A stretch of DNA of 64,000 bases from an uncultured Chloroflexia bacterium (lineage in GTDB: Bacteria > Chloroflexota > Limnocylindria > Limnocylindrales > CSP1-4): positions 1 to 64,000 of the forward strand of contig CAVYBU010000027.1 of NCBI GenBank assembly GCA_963766735.1, given 5' to 3'. A program made the position numbers and the translations under genes. The notes under the pieces are model-generated. The model ran no database searches, was not told the DNA's origin, and was given only the letters and a program-made list of their open reading frames with translations. How positions within the stretch are numbered: the stretch's first letter is position 1; each line of letters opens with the position of its first letter. Positions 40,386 through 51,092 of the stretch are shown piece by piece.

Positions 40386-40695
40386 CTGAGTCCCTTCGAA
40401 GCATGGGGTAGACAAGCATCTCGAACGCAGCGACACCACCCCGCATCGCCGCGGTCCGCTCGGCAGGCTAGCACAAGAGTCCAAGGATGAACCCGACGAT
40501 CGATTGCCGATGATTGCGTTCCCCGGCAGGCTGCCAAAACCCCGGCCTGGGTGTGTTGGCGAGCGCCGCGGGCGAGGACCCGGCGAGGCGCGCCCGGCGA
40601 GGCCGCCGGTGAGCGAGAGGTGAGGGGCCGGCCCGAGCGGGTTATCGCGTACGCTTGTGCCGCAACATCGTCCGAACCAGGGAGGGTCGTGCATC

Positions 40696-42202
40696 GTGCC
40701 GAACGGAAAGCCGAACATCGTCGTCTTCTGGGGCGACGACATCGGGATCACCAACCTGTCGTGCTACAGCGATGGGCTGATGGGCTACCGCACGCCCAAC
40801 ATCGATCGTGTCGCCAACGAGGGCATGCGGTTCACGGATTCCTACGGGGAGCAGAGCTGCACCGCCGGGCGTTCCGCGTTCATCACCGGTCAGAGCGTGT
40901 ACCGAACCGGCCTGTCCAAGGTGGGCATGCCCGGCTCCGACATCGGCATGCCGGACGAGGATCCGACGATCGCGGAGCTGCTCAAGCCGCTGGGCTACGC
41001 GACGGGGCAGTACGGCAAGAACCACCTGGGCGACCAGGACAGGCACCTGCCGACCGCACACGGGTTCGACGAGTTCTTCGGCAACCTGTACCACCTCAAC
41101 GCCGAGGAGGAGCCCGAGCACCGGGACTATCCCAAGCCCGCGGACTTCCCGGACTTCAAGAAGAACTACGGGCCGCGTGGCGTTCTCCGCTGCAAGGCGA
41201 ACCCGGACGGCACGCAGACGATCGAGGACACCGGACCGCTCACGAAGAAGCGGATGGAGACCATCGACGACGAGATCATCAGCGGCGCCATCGACTTCAT
41301 CGAGCGCAAACATGCCGAGGATGTCCCGTTCTTCCTGTGGGTCAACACCACCCGCATGCACTTCCGGACGCACGTGAAGCCGGAGAGCGTGGGCCAGTCC
41401 GGGCGGTGGCAGTCCGAGTACCACGACGCGATGATCGACCACGACCGCCACGTGGGCCAGGTGCTGGACACTCTCGACGAGCTGGGGATCGCGGACGACA
41501 CGATCTTCGTGTACTCGACCGACAACGGCCCGCACATGAACAGCTGGCCGGACGGCGCGATGACCCCGTTCCGGAGCGAGAAGAACACAAACTGGGAGGG
41601 CGCGTTCCGCGTCCCGCAGATGATCCGGTGGCCGGGAAAGATCCCGGCGGGCGTGGTCTCCAACGAGATCATCAGCCACATGGACTGGATGCCCACGTTG
41701 CTCGCGGCCGCGGGCGACCCGGACGTCACGGAGAAGCTCCTGGTGGGTCACGAGGCGGCCGGCAAGACCTTCAAGGTCCATCTCGACGGGTACGACTTCC
41801 TGCCCTACCTGACCGGCGAGACCGACAAGGGGCCGCGGATCGAGTTCTTCTACTTCAGCGACGACGGCGACCTGGTCGCCACGCGCTACGACAACTGGAA
41901 GCTCGTGTTCGCGGAGCAGCGGGTCGCCGGGCACGCTGCAGGTATGGGCGGAGCCGTTCGTGATGCTCCGTGTCCCGCTCATGTTCAACCTCCGCACCGA
42001 TCCCTTCGAGCGGGCACACACCACGTCCAACACGTACTACGACTGGCTCCTGGATCGCGCCTACCTCGTCATCCCGTCGCAGAGGATCGTGGGCGACTTC
42101 CTGGCCACGTTCATGCAGTTCCCGCCACGCATGAAGGCGGCGAGCTTCACGGTCGACCAGGTGATGGACAAGATGGAAGCCGCGATGCAGGGCGGCCGCT
42201 GA
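40696..42202 (+). CDS. Arylsulfatase, Cys-type (frameshift near 41930)
   Basis: WGDDIG, SCTAGRSAFITG, GKNHLGD, STDNG, NWEGAFRVP; C-terminus FNLRTDPFE in shifted frame. Confidence 0.92.
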
Positions 42203-42209
42203 GGACAGC

Positions 42210-43133
42210 GTGAATCCGCTTCCCTCATGGCGCGAGGGTGACGCGAAGGGCGTCATCCTCGCCTTCGTGGAGCAGGTCACGGCGGAGGGGTCCCCGGGGT
42301 TCGTCCCGCCGGCCGCCCGCGTCGCCGTGTTCGACAACGACGGCACGCTGTGGTGCGAGCGGCCGATCTACCCCCAGGCCCTGTTCCTGCTGGACCGCCT
42401 TCAGGCGCAGGCCGCCGCGGACCCGGAGCTCGCGTCGCGGCCGGTCGTCCGGGCGCTCCTCGCGGGTGACGTGCACGGCGCGTTCGCGCTCGGGCTGGAC
42501 GCCGTCGCGGGTGTCCTCCTCAACACCCACGCGGGCTTCACCGTCGACGAGTTCGCCGAGGCGGCGGCCGCGTGGCTCGACACGGCCGTCGACCCCCGGT
42601 TCGGCGTCCCGTACACGCGGCTCGCCTACCGCCCGATGCTCGAGCTGCTGGACCTGCTGCGGGCGAATGCCTTCCGGGTGTTCATCGTCACCGGCGGCGG
42701 GGTGGAGTTCGTGCGCGCGATCAGCGAGCCTGTCTACGGCGTGCCTCCCGACGACATCGTCGGGACGGCGGTCGAGGTCGACGTGCAACGGCGCCACGGG
42801 CACATGGAGCTTGTGAGACGCGCGGCGCTGGCCGGCGGTGCCGTCAACGAGGGCGAGCCGAAGCCGCGCGCGATCCAGACGCACATCGGGCGGCGCCCGA
42901 TCCTCGCCGCCGGAAACTCCGCGGGCGACGCGGAGATGATCGAGTACGCCACCACGGGGCGGCTACCGTCCCTGGGCATCGTCATCGACCACGACGACGC
43001 CGAGCGCGAGTACGCCTACGAGGGCCGATCCGCCACCGATCCCGGGGCGGAGCCGGTCCTCGAGACCGCCGCGCGCCACGGCTGGACGGTGGTGAGCATG
43101 CACCGGGACTGGTCGACGATCTTCGGGCCGTAG
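42210..43133 (+). CDS. HAD family hydrolase
   Basis: VFDNDGTLWCE, IVTGGG, AAGNSAGD, HDDAEREYAY. Confidence 0.9.
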   Translation: MNPLPSWREGDAKGVILAFVEQVTAEGSPGFVPPAARVAVFDNDGTLWCERPIYPQALFLLDRLQAQAAADPELASRPVVRALLAGDVHGAFALGLDAVAGVLLNTHAGFTVDEFAEAAAAWLDTAVDPRFGVPYTRLAYRPMLELLDLLRANAFRVFIVTGGGVEFVRAISEPVYGVPPDDIVGTAVEVDVQRRHGHMELVRRAALAGGAVNEGEPKPRAIQTHIGRRPILAAGNSAGDAEMIEYATTGRLPSLGIVIDHDDAEREYAYEGRSATDPGAEPVLETAARHGWTVVSMHRDWSTIFGP

Positions 43134-43142
43134 ACTGCGCCG

Positions 43143-44546
43143 ATGATCGATCCCGCCCGTCCCGCCCCTGCGCGCTTCCACGTCATGGCGAAGCCGACGG
43201 GCGCGATCTGCAATCTCGCCTGCTCGTACTGCTTCTTCCTCGACAAGGAGGCGATGACGCCCGGGTCGTCGTTCCGCATGTCGGACGAGGTCCTCGAAAC
43301 GTACGTCCGCGGGCTCATCGAGGCGCACCGAACGGACCGCGTGACGTTCGCGTGGCAGGGCGGTGAGCCGACGCTGATGGGCCTCGACTTCTACCGGCGG
43401 GCGGCGGAGCTGCAGGAGCGGTACCGCCGGCCGGGGATGACCTTCGAGAACACGATCCAGACCAACGGAACGCGGATCGACGAGGCCTGGGCGGCGTTCC
43501 TGGCCGAGCAGGGGTTCCTGGTCGGCATCTCGATCGACGGGCCGCGCGAGCTTCACGACGGCAACCGTGTCGACAAGGGTGGCAACGCCACCTTCGAGGA
43601 CGTCATGCGAGGCCTCCGCCTGCTCCAGGCGCACAAGGTCGAGTACAACGTCCTGACCACCGTCAACCGGCTCAACGCCGACTACCCGCTCGAGGTGTAC
43701 CGCTTCCTCCGCGACGAGGTGGGCACCGACTGGATGCAGTTCATCCCGGTGGTCGAGCGGCTCGACGCGGCCGGCCGGCCTGACCCGATGCACGGGACCA
43801 GGGTGTCATCCCGATCCGTCCGGGCGGAGCAGTTCGGCCGGTTCCTGACCACGATCTTCGACGAGTGGGTCCGGCACGACGTCGGGCGGGTGTTCGTGCA
43901 GACGTTCGAGGCGGCGATCCGCAACTTCCTCGGGGCGGCGGGCTCGGGATTGTGCGTTTTCAACGAGACCTGCGGCGCCGGGCTGGCGCTCGAGCACACC
44001 GGCGACCTCTACTCGTGCGACCACTTCGTGGAGCCGGAGCACCGGCTCGGGAACGTCCGCGAGATCCCGATGCTCGACCTCGTGGGCTCCGAGCAGCAGC
44101 GGGCGTTCGGGGCGGCCAAGCGGGACACGCTGCCGCGGATGTGCCGCGAGTGCGACGTCCGCTTCGCGTGCCACGGGGAGTGCCCGAAGAACCGCTTCCT
44201 GACGACGCCGGAGGGAGAGCCGGGGCTCAACTACCTGTGCGCCGGGTACATGTCGTTCTTCCGGCACGTCGACCGCCCCGCGCGGGTCATCACGCGGCTG
44301 CTCAAGACGGGCCGTGAGGCAGCAGAGGTCATGGCGCTGCTGCCCGCGTACGACGCGGAGCTGGCAGCAGCGGTCGCCGCGGCGGGGCGGAACGACCTGT
44401 GCCCCTGCGGCTCCAGGCAGAAGGTGAAGCGTTGCCACGGCAACACGACCGTGCCCGCCGGGCGCCCTCTGGCGTCGATCCCGCTGGGGATGCCGCGGCC
44501 GCCAGCGGTCCGCCGGTCGCCCCGAGGCGAGGCCGCAGCCGACTGA
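43143..44546 (+). CDS. Anaerobic sulfatase maturase (radical SAM/SPASM) with SEC-C tail
   Basis: CNLACSYC, WQGGEPTL, YSCDHF, CRECDVRFACHGECPK, GRNDLCPCGS. Confidence 0.95.
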   Translation: MIDPARPAPARFHVMAKPTGAICNLACSYCFFLDKEAMTPGSSFRMSDEVLETYVRGLIEAHRTDRVTFAWQGGEPTLMGLDFYRRAAELQERYRRPGMTFENTIQTNGTRIDEAWAAFLAEQGFLVGISIDGPRELHDGNRVDKGGNATFEDVMRGLRLLQAHKVEYNVLTTVNRLNADYPLEVYRFLRDEVGTDWMQFIPVVERLDAAGRPDPMHGTRVSSRSVRAEQFGRFLTTIFDEWVRHDVGRVFVQTFEAAIRNFLGAAGSGLCVFNETCGAGLALEHTGDLYSCDHFVEPEHRLGNVREIPMLDLVGSEQQRAFGAAKRDTLPRMCRECDVRFACHGECPKNRFLTTPEGEPGLNYLCAGYMSFFRHVDRPARVITRLLKTGREAAEVMALLPAYDAELAAAVAAAGRNDLCPCGSRQKVKRCHGNTTVPAGRPLASIPLGMPRPPAVRRSPRGEAAAD

Positions 44547-44654
44547 GGCAGGCGGCCAACCGGTCCGCGGCCGCGCGCCCCAGCGCCGACGGCTCGACAC
44601 CCTGCCGCCGGTGCATCTGCGATATTGACCGCTCACACACGGGAGGGGTAGGAG

Positions 44655-46334
44655 TTGGGACGCCGCTTCCCAATCCGGAAGGCCACGTTGCGCGAGGATG
44701 CCGTCGCGGGCCTCGTGCTTGGCGTGCAGAGCGTGCCCGACGGCCTCGCCACAGGGTTGCTCGCAGGGGTCAACCCGCTGGCGGGCCTCTACGCCTACAT
44801 GGTCGGCACGTTCACGGGTGCCCTGATCACCAGCTCCTCGTTCATGGCGATCCAGGGGACCGGTGCCATGGCGATGATCGTGACGGACATCCCCGGGGTG
44901 CACCGGTCCGCAGACGCCGAGCGGGCCCTGGTCACGCTCTCGGTGCTCACCGGCGCGATCATGCTCACGGCCGGGCTCCTGAAGCTCGGGTGGCTCCTGC
45001 GGTTCGTGTCCAACGCGGTGATGGTGGGGTTCATCAACGCGGTCGGCGTGAACATCGTCCTCGGCCAGCTCGCCAACTTCACGGGTTACGACGCCGAGGG
45101 CGCGAACCGCATCGTCCGGACCTTCAACACGCTCGTCAACCCGGGCCAGATCGACGTGCAGACGGCGGTGATCGGGTTCGCAACCATCGCCCTGATCCTC
45201 CTGTTCGAGCGGACGAGGGTCGGGGCCCTGGGGCTCGTGGTGGCGGTGGTGATCGCCTCGGCCGGCGCGCTGCTCCTCGGCTGGCAGGTCGCCACGCTCA
45301 ACGACCTCGGTGTCGTCGCCAGCTCGCTGCCGCGGCCGGAGGCACCGCTGCTCAGCATCATTCCCCCGCTGATCGTGCCCGCGGCGTCGCTGGCGTTCAT
45401 CGGCCTGGTCCAGGGCGCGAGCATCACCGCTAACTTCCCCAACGAGGACGGCAGCTACGGCGACGTGTCGCGCGACTTCGTGGGGCAGGGCGCAGCCAAC
45501 GTGGCCTCCGGGATCCTCCAGGGGATGCCCGTCGGAGGGTCGGTCTCGGCGTCGGCGATCAACAAGGCCGCCGGCGCCCGCTCGCGGCAGTCGCTCCTGA
45601 TCGCCGGCCTCGTGATGGCAGTCGTGATCGTCGCCTTCGGGGAGGTGGTCGGCTACGTCGCCATGCCCGCCCTCGCCGGCCTGCTCATGCTCATCGGCTT
45701 CCGAACCGTCAAGCCGGACGACCTCAAGTCGGTGTGGCGGACCGGCAACGTCCAGAAGGTCGTCCTTGTGGTGACCTTCCTGCTGACGATGATCGTGCCG
45801 CTCCAGTACGCCGTGCTGGTCGGAGTCGGGGTCTCGGTGATCCTGTACGTCGTCCGGCAGTCGAACAAGATCACGATCCAGCGGTGGCAGCTCGATCCGG
45901 CCGGGCATGTCATCGAGATGACGCCCCCCGCCACCCTCGAGGCCGACGAGGTGGTCGTCCTCCAGCCCTACGGCAGCCTGTTCTTTGCCGCAGCGCCGGT
46001 GTTCGAGACGCTCCTGCCGGCCGTGACCGACGCCTCGCGCAACAGCGTTGTGATCGTCCGGTTGCGCGGCCGGACCGACCTGGGGACGACGTTCATGGAC
46101 GTGCTCTACCGCTATGCGCTGAGCCTCGCGGCGATGGACAGCAAGCTCGTCGTCGTGTCCACGAACGAGCGGATCGACGAGCAACTGGGCGTGTCCGGGG
46201 TCACGGCGGTGATCGGCACCGGGAACGTCTACGCCGGCGACCACCGGGTGGGCGCCGCCATCCGGCGCGCCTACGACGACGCGCTGGCCTGGGTGGCCGC
46301 CAATCGGGATCCCAACACCTTCGCCCCGAGGTGA
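44655..46334 (+). CDS. SulP family anion transporter with STAS domain
   Basis: DAVAGLVLG..VPDGLA, GLYA, VMVGF, GAANV, GSLFFAA. Confidence 0.93.
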   Translation: MGRRFPIRKATLREDAVAGLVLGVQSVPDGLATGLLAGVNPLAGLYAYMVGTFTGALITSSSFMAIQGTGAMAMIVTDIPGVHRSADAERALVTLSVLTGAIMLTAGLLKLGWLLRFVSNAVMVGFINAVGVNIVLGQLANFTGYDAEGANRIVRTFNTLVNPGQIDVQTAVIGFATIALILLFERTRVGALGLVVAVVIASAGALLLGWQVATLNDLGVVASSLPRPEAPLLSIIPPLIVPAASLAFIGLVQGASITANFPNEDGSYGDVSRDFVGQGAANVASGILQGMPVGGSVSASAINKAAGARSRQSLLIAGLVMAVVIVAFGEVVGYVAMPALAGLLMLIGFRTVKPDDLKSVWRTGNVQKVVLVVTFLLTMIVPLQYAVLVGVGVSVILYVVRQSNKITIQRWQLDPAGHVIEMTPPATLEADEVVVLQPYGSLFFAAAPVFETLLPAVTDASRNSVVIVRLRGRTDLGTTFMDVLYRYALSLAAMDSKLVVVSTNERIDEQLGVSGVTAVIGTGNVYAGDHRVGAAIRRAYDDALAWVAANRDPNTFAPR

Positions 46335-46483
46335 GCGGCTGCGGATCAGCAGCGCGCCGACGGCAGCCTGCGGCCAGATGGCCCGCCTTGGTGCATTTCG
46401 GACCTGCCGGGTAACGTAGGTCCACGGACCGTGCGGCCGCCCGGATCGCCTCGCAGATGCCGCGCGAACACATGGAGGATCAG

Positions 46484-48349
46484 GTGACTGCATCCATCGT
46501 CTCGGACAGCATTCGCCAGGCAAACGCAGCCCTGCTCGATGAGCTGCCATTCGATGACGAGCAGGACTTCGAGGATGCGAACCGGGGCTTCGTCGGCCGG
46601 CTGGACCCGTGTGTCGTCCGCGCCGCAGACGGCCGGGTCGTCTGGGACAACGAGTCATACCGCTCGTTCCTGACCGGACCCGCACCGGCGTCGGTCAACC
46701 CGAGCCTGTGGCGCCAGTCGACCCTCAACACCATCGACGGGCTGTTCGAGGTGGTCCCGGGCATCTACCAGGTCCGCGGCTTCGACCTCTCGAACATCAC
46801 CTTCGTCGAGGGCGAGACCGGCGTGCTCGTCATCGACCCGCTGATCAGCGTCGAGACGGCGGCGGCGGCCCTGGCCCTCTATCGCACGCACCGCGGCGAT
46901 CGGCCGGTCATCGGGGTCATCTACACCCATTGCCACGCCGACCACTTCGGCGGCGTCCGTGGCGTCGCGATCCCGGCCGACATCGAGGCCGGCCGATGCC
47001 CGATCATCGCGCCAGACGGCTTCCTTGAGCACGCCGTGGCCGAGAACGTCTACGCCGGCACCGCGATGACACGGCGGGCCGGCTACATGTACGGCGCCGC
47101 GCTCGCGCGTGGTCCCGAGGGCCAGGTTGGAGCCGGGCTCGCCCAGACGACCTCGACGGGCACGTTCTCGCTCATCGCCCCGACTGACAGCGTCACCCGG
47201 ACCGGCGAGGAGCGCGTCGTGGACGGGATCCGTCTGGAGTTCCAGCTCACGCCGGGAACCGAGGCTCCCGCGGAGATGAACATCCTGTTCCCCGATCACG
47301 ATGCCCTGTGCATGGCGGAGAACGCGACCCACGTCCTCCACAACATCCTGACGATCCGCGGTGCGGTGGTCCGTGATGCCCGGGTCTGGTCGCAATACAT
47401 CACCGAGGCGATGGATCACTTCGGCGACCGGATGGACACCGTCTTCGCCTCGCACCACTGGCCGACCTGGGGCCGGGAGCGCGCCCTCGGGTTCCTCGCC
47501 CTCCAGCGGGACCTGTACGCCTACCTCCACGATCAGACGCTGCGGATGCTCAACAAGGGCATGACCGGGATCGAGATCGCGGAGGAGATGGTCCTGCCGC
47601 CCGCGCTCGGGAACGCGTGGCACGCTCGGGGCTACTACGGCTCGGTGAGCCACAACGTCAAGGCCATCTACCAGCGCTACATGGGCTGGTACGACGGCAA
47701 CCCGGCCCACCTGTGGCAGCTCGTTCCCGTCGAGGCCGGCAAGCGCTACGTGGCGGCCCTGGGCGGCGCCGATGCCGTTCTTGCCCAGGGTCGCACCGCG
47801 TTCGCGGCGGGCGACTTCCGGTGGGCAGCCGAGCTCGTCAACCACCTCGTGTTCGCGGAGCCGGACAACGAGGCGGCCAAGGCGCTTCAGGCGGACGCTC
47901 TGGAGCAGCTCGGGTTCGGCACGGAGAACGGGACCTGGCGGTCTGCCTATCTCGCCGGCGCGACCGAGCTTCGGCATGGCTCGTTCGGCACGCCCATTTC
48001 CGCGGTCACGCCCGACCTCATGGCCGCGCTCACGCCAGAGCAGGTCTTCGACGCGATCGCCATCCGCGTGGATGGCCCGCGCGCCTGGGACGAGACGCTG
48101 GCGATCGGCGTCGTGCTGACGGATGTTGGCGTATCCCACCGCCTCGATCTCCGCAATGGGGTCCTCGTCCACCACCTCGCACCGGCCGATGGTGCCGACG
48201 TCATCCTCAGGGCCCCACGGGCCGCGTTGCCGGGGCTGCTGGCGGGTGTGACCGAGGGCATCGGGATCGAGGGCGATGCGTCGGTGCTCGGGCGGTTGAT
48301 GGCCGTCCTGGACGCCCCGGACCCGGACTTCGCGATCGTCACCCCCTGA
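46484..48349 (+). CDS. Alkyl/aryl sulfatase (SdsA1/YjcS-type metallo-beta-lactamase fold)
   Basis: PSLWRQ, YQVRGFDLSN, THCHADHFGG, GTEAPAEM, SHHWP, RGYYGS, FAIVTP. Confidence 0.95.
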   Translation: MTASIVSDSIRQANAALLDELPFDDEQDFEDANRGFVGRLDPCVVRAADGRVVWDNESYRSFLTGPAPASVNPSLWRQSTLNTIDGLFEVVPGIYQVRGFDLSNITFVEGETGVLVIDPLISVETAAAALALYRTHRGDRPVIGVIYTHCHADHFGGVRGVAIPADIEAGRCPIIAPDGFLEHAVAENVYAGTAMTRRAGYMYGAALARGPEGQVGAGLAQTTSTGTFSLIAPTDSVTRTGEERVVDGIRLEFQLTPGTEAPAEMNILFPDHDALCMAENATHVLHNILTIRGAVVRDARVWSQYITEAMDHFGDRMDTVFASHHWPTWGRERALGFLALQRDLYAYLHDQTLRMLNKGMTGIEIAEEMVLPPALGNAWHARGYYGSVSHNVKAIYQRYMGWYDGNPAHLWQLVPVEAGKRYVAALGGADAVLAQGRTAFAAGDFRWAAELVNHLVFAEPDNEAAKALQADALEQLGFGTENGTWRSAYLAGATELRHGSFGTPISAVTPDLMAALTPEQVFDAIAIRVDGPRAWDETLAIGVVLTDVGVSHRLDLRNGVLVHHLAPADGADVILRAPRAALPGLLAGVTEGIGIEGDASVLGRLMAVLDAPDPDFAIVTP

Positions 48350-48353
48350 CCGG

Positions 48354-49133
48354 TCACGCGGCCTCGAACGATCGCTTCGAGAGGCCGACGAAGAAGCCCT
48401 CGATTGCCGTCTTCGGGGCTTCGTCCGGCTTCGCCGCGGCGCCCAGGGTCACGAACAGCGGGGCAAGGTGCTCCACCGTCGGGTGCGCGTACGGCATTCC
48501 CGGGGCCTTGTCGCGGAACGCGAACAGCGTGTCGATGTCCCCGCGGGCCAGTGCCTCGGCGGCCCAGCGATCGAACTCGATCGACCACTGCGGGGCGCCC
48601 GGCTTGCCGGCGAAGTACTCGCCGATGTACGGGAGGCCGTGGGTCATGAACCCGGACCCGATGATCAGGACACCTTCGTCGCGCAAGGGCGCCAGCTGCC
48701 GGCCCACCTCGAACAGGTGCGCCGGATCCAGGTCCGGCATCGACATCTGGAGCACGGGTATGTCCGCTTCGGGGTACATCGCCATCATGGGCACCCATGC
48801 TCCGTGGTCCAGCCCCCGGGCTGGGCGATCCAGGACCGGCTCGTTCGCGGGCATCAGGGCCCTGACGGTCGCCGCCAGCTCGGGCGCGCCCGGGGCGCGG
48901 TACTCCAGGTCGTAGTAGCGCTGCGGGAACCCGTAGAAGTCGTAGACGAGCGGAACGGTGGTGGTCGCACCGATTGCCATCGGCGCGGTCTGCCAGTGGG
49001 CGCTGACGATGAGCACGGCCTTCGGGCGGGGGAGCGAGGCCGACCAGCCGGCGAGCTGGCCCATCCACAGGGGATCGTCCAGGAGCGGTGGCGCGCCGTG
49101 GCCGAGGTAGAGGGCGGGAAGCGGGTCGGTCAT
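48354..49133 (-). CDS. LigB-family extradiol dioxygenase (DODA/YgiD-like)
   Basis: GHGAP, VSAHW, YDFYGFP, GLDHGAWVP, GSGFMTH, AHPTVEH. Confidence 0.93.
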   Translation of the reverse strand: MTDPLPALYLGHGAPPLLDDPLWMGQLAGWSASLPRPKAVLIVSAHWQTAPMAIGATTTVPLVYDFYGFPQRYYDLEYRAPGAPELAATVRALMPANEPVLDRPARGLDHGAWVPMMAMYPEADIPVLQMSMPDLDPAHLFEVGRQLAPLRDEGVLIIGSGFMTHGLPYIGEYFAGKPGAPQWSIEFDRWAAEALARGDIDTLFAFRDKAPGMPYAHPTVEHLAPLFVTLGAAAKPDEAPKTAIEGFFVGLSKRSFEAA

Positions 49134-49236
49134 GGGGCTGGGCGTTCCTGCGGGGCGCTGTCATCCCCAACGGTAGACGACGTTGCTTGACTGCGCAACT
49201 ACAGATGCACGGTCCGGCCCAAGACGCTGCGGTCCG

Positions 49237-50487
49237 TCACCCGCGCCGCAGACGGCCCAGCAGCGATCGTGGCGATCTCGCGGCCCGGAGCCGCCGGGCC
49301 AGGGACGCGGCAAGCGCCTCGTACTCCTCGGGCCGGTTGTAGTGCTGGGCGGAGACGCGCACGATCGCGGTCGAAGGCGCTTCGCCTGTCGGGAGCGCCG
49401 CCGGGACGGGGAACGGGAACACCGCCACCTCGATCCGCTCCTCGTCGAACAGCGCCGCCTGGAGCGCCGAGGCCGCGACCGGCGTGGCCGCGAGGCCTCC
49501 CAGCGGCACTGCGGCCATCGACCCCAGCATCGTGTCCGGGGTGGGCGCCGGGACCTCGAGCGCCGTGCACAGCCGGTCACGGGCGTCCCGCGCGAGGGCT
49601 GCGTTCGCCGCCATCAGGCCCGGCCAGCCGTCTGCGTGCAACCCGCCGACGTAGCGGATCGCCGCCGGGATCGAGAGCCACGGCGTGGGATCGGTCGTGC
49701 CGGTCCAATCGAAGGTGAGCCGGAACCGGGATCGGTCGGTGCGGCCTGAGTTCGCGCCGTGCGACGTCACCAGGGGACGCATCGCCGGACGAACGTCGGC
49801 GCGCACGTGCAGCATGCCCGCACCCTTCGGCGCACACATCCACTTGTGCGCGTTGCCGGTCCAGTACGCCGCCCCCAGTGCCTCCAGGCCGACCGGCACC
49901 ATCCCGGGCGCGTGGGCCGCATCGACCAGCGTGTCGACGCCCCGCCGGTTCAGCTCCCGTACCAGCGCCGCGACCGGCAACACGAGGGCCGTCGGCGAGG
50001 TGACGTGGCTGACCAGCGCGAACCGGGTCCGCGGCTTGACCGCGTCCAGGTAGGCCTCCAGGGCCTGGGCAGGGTCCTGGATCGGGAAGGGGATGTGGAC
50101 GATGACGACGGTTGCCCCGTCCCGCTCTGCCGCAGCCCTGAGTGCGTTGAGCGTGGCGTTGTACTCGTGGTCGGAGGCGATGAGCTCGTCGCCCGGCTTG
50201 AACCGGACCGATGCGAGGACGGTGGACACGCCGGTCGTGGCGTTGGGGACGAAGGCGAGGCCGTCCGGGTCCGCCTCCAGGAACGCGGCCAGATCCGCCC
50301 TGGCCTGGTCCAGGTGCCCCTCGAGCTCGCGGTCCAGGAACCGGACGGGCTCCTGCTCCATCCGGTCCCGCCACGCTCGCTGGGCCTCAAGGACAGGCTC
50401 CGGGCACGCCCCAAACGAGCCGTGATTGAGGAACGAGATGTCCGGCGCCAGAAGCCAGGGCGATCGGTCGAAGGTGCGATGGGTCAC
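49237..50487 (-). CDS. Class V PLP enzyme (isopenicillin N epimerase/EgtE-like)
   Basis: FLNHGSFGACP, NATTG, SHVTSPTA, VDAAHAPG, GNAHKWMCAPKG; TATCGT 6 nt before GTG. Confidence 0.92.
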   Translation of the reverse strand: MTHRTFDRSPWLLAPDISFLNHGSFGACPEPVLEAQRAWRDRMEQEPVRFLDRELEGHLDQARADLAAFLEADPDGLAFVPNATTGVSTVLASVRFKPGDELIASDHEYNATLNALRAAAERDGATVVIVHIPFPIQDPAQALEAYLDAVKPRTRFALVSHVTSPTALVLPVAALVRELNRRGVDTLVDAAHAPGMVPVGLEALGAAYWTGNAHKWMCAPKGAGMLHVRADVRPAMRPLVTSHGANSGRTDRSRFRLTFDWTGTTDPTPWLSIPAAIRYVGGLHADGWPGLMAANAALARDARDRLCTALEVPAPTPDTMLGSMAAVPLGGLAATPVAASALQAALFDEERIEVAVFPFPVPAALPTGEAPSTAIVRVSAQHYNRPEEYEALAASLARRLRAARSPRSLLGRLRRG

Positions 50488-50536
50488 AGCGCGACGATAG
50501 CCCACCGCGCGGTCCGCCGGAGCCCCGGCAGTCGCC

Positions 50537-50983
50537 CTATCGGGGGTCGGACTCCTTGCTCGGCCCCGATGTCGCGGCTTCCTTCGCGTCGCCTGCTTCG
50601 GCCAGGTCGTTCGGGTCGTCCGCGCCGTCCGCGTCGGCATGCCCCCGCGGGGCCCCGTTCGGTTCTCGAGGTGGCTCTGGCAGGCTCGGTGCCGGCCTGG
50701 GCGTCACGTCGATGATCACGCCCTGGTCCGGCCGCCGGCCCCGCAGGACCCGCGCCAGGCGTTCCGGTCCGGCAACGAACGGCGCCACGTACAGCAGGAC
50801 CAGGATCGGCAGCAGGAGCCGGAATGGGCCCGGGAACCGCACTCCGACGAAGATGCCGAGCGCGTAGATGATCCAGGCGGTGGCCAGCGAGCGGCTCGGC
50901 CAGCCCGCGCGGTAGAGGCGCCAGACTGGCAGCAGCGCCAGCAGACCGGCGACGAGGAATGTGAGCAGCAGGGCGGGTTGCAT
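50537..50983 (-). CDS. Small membrane protein
   Basis: Three hydrophobic helices followed by IDVTP and a disordered tail. Confidence 0.7.
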   Translation of the reverse strand: MQPALLLTFLVAGLLALLPVWRLYRAGWPSRSLATAWIIYALGIFVGVRFPGPFRLLLPILVLLYVAPFVAGPERLARVLRGRRPDQGVIIDVTPRPAPSLPEPPREPNGAPRGHADADGADDPNDLAEAGDAKEAATSGPSKESDPR

Positions 50984-51092
50984 CGCGTGCCGATGATACG
51001 GCCCGGTCCCGGAGCGTGGTCCGACGAGGGGGGCGGGGGCGGCTCGTCGGCTACGATTGGGCGCCCCCAATCCCGCACCGGCCCTGATATCC

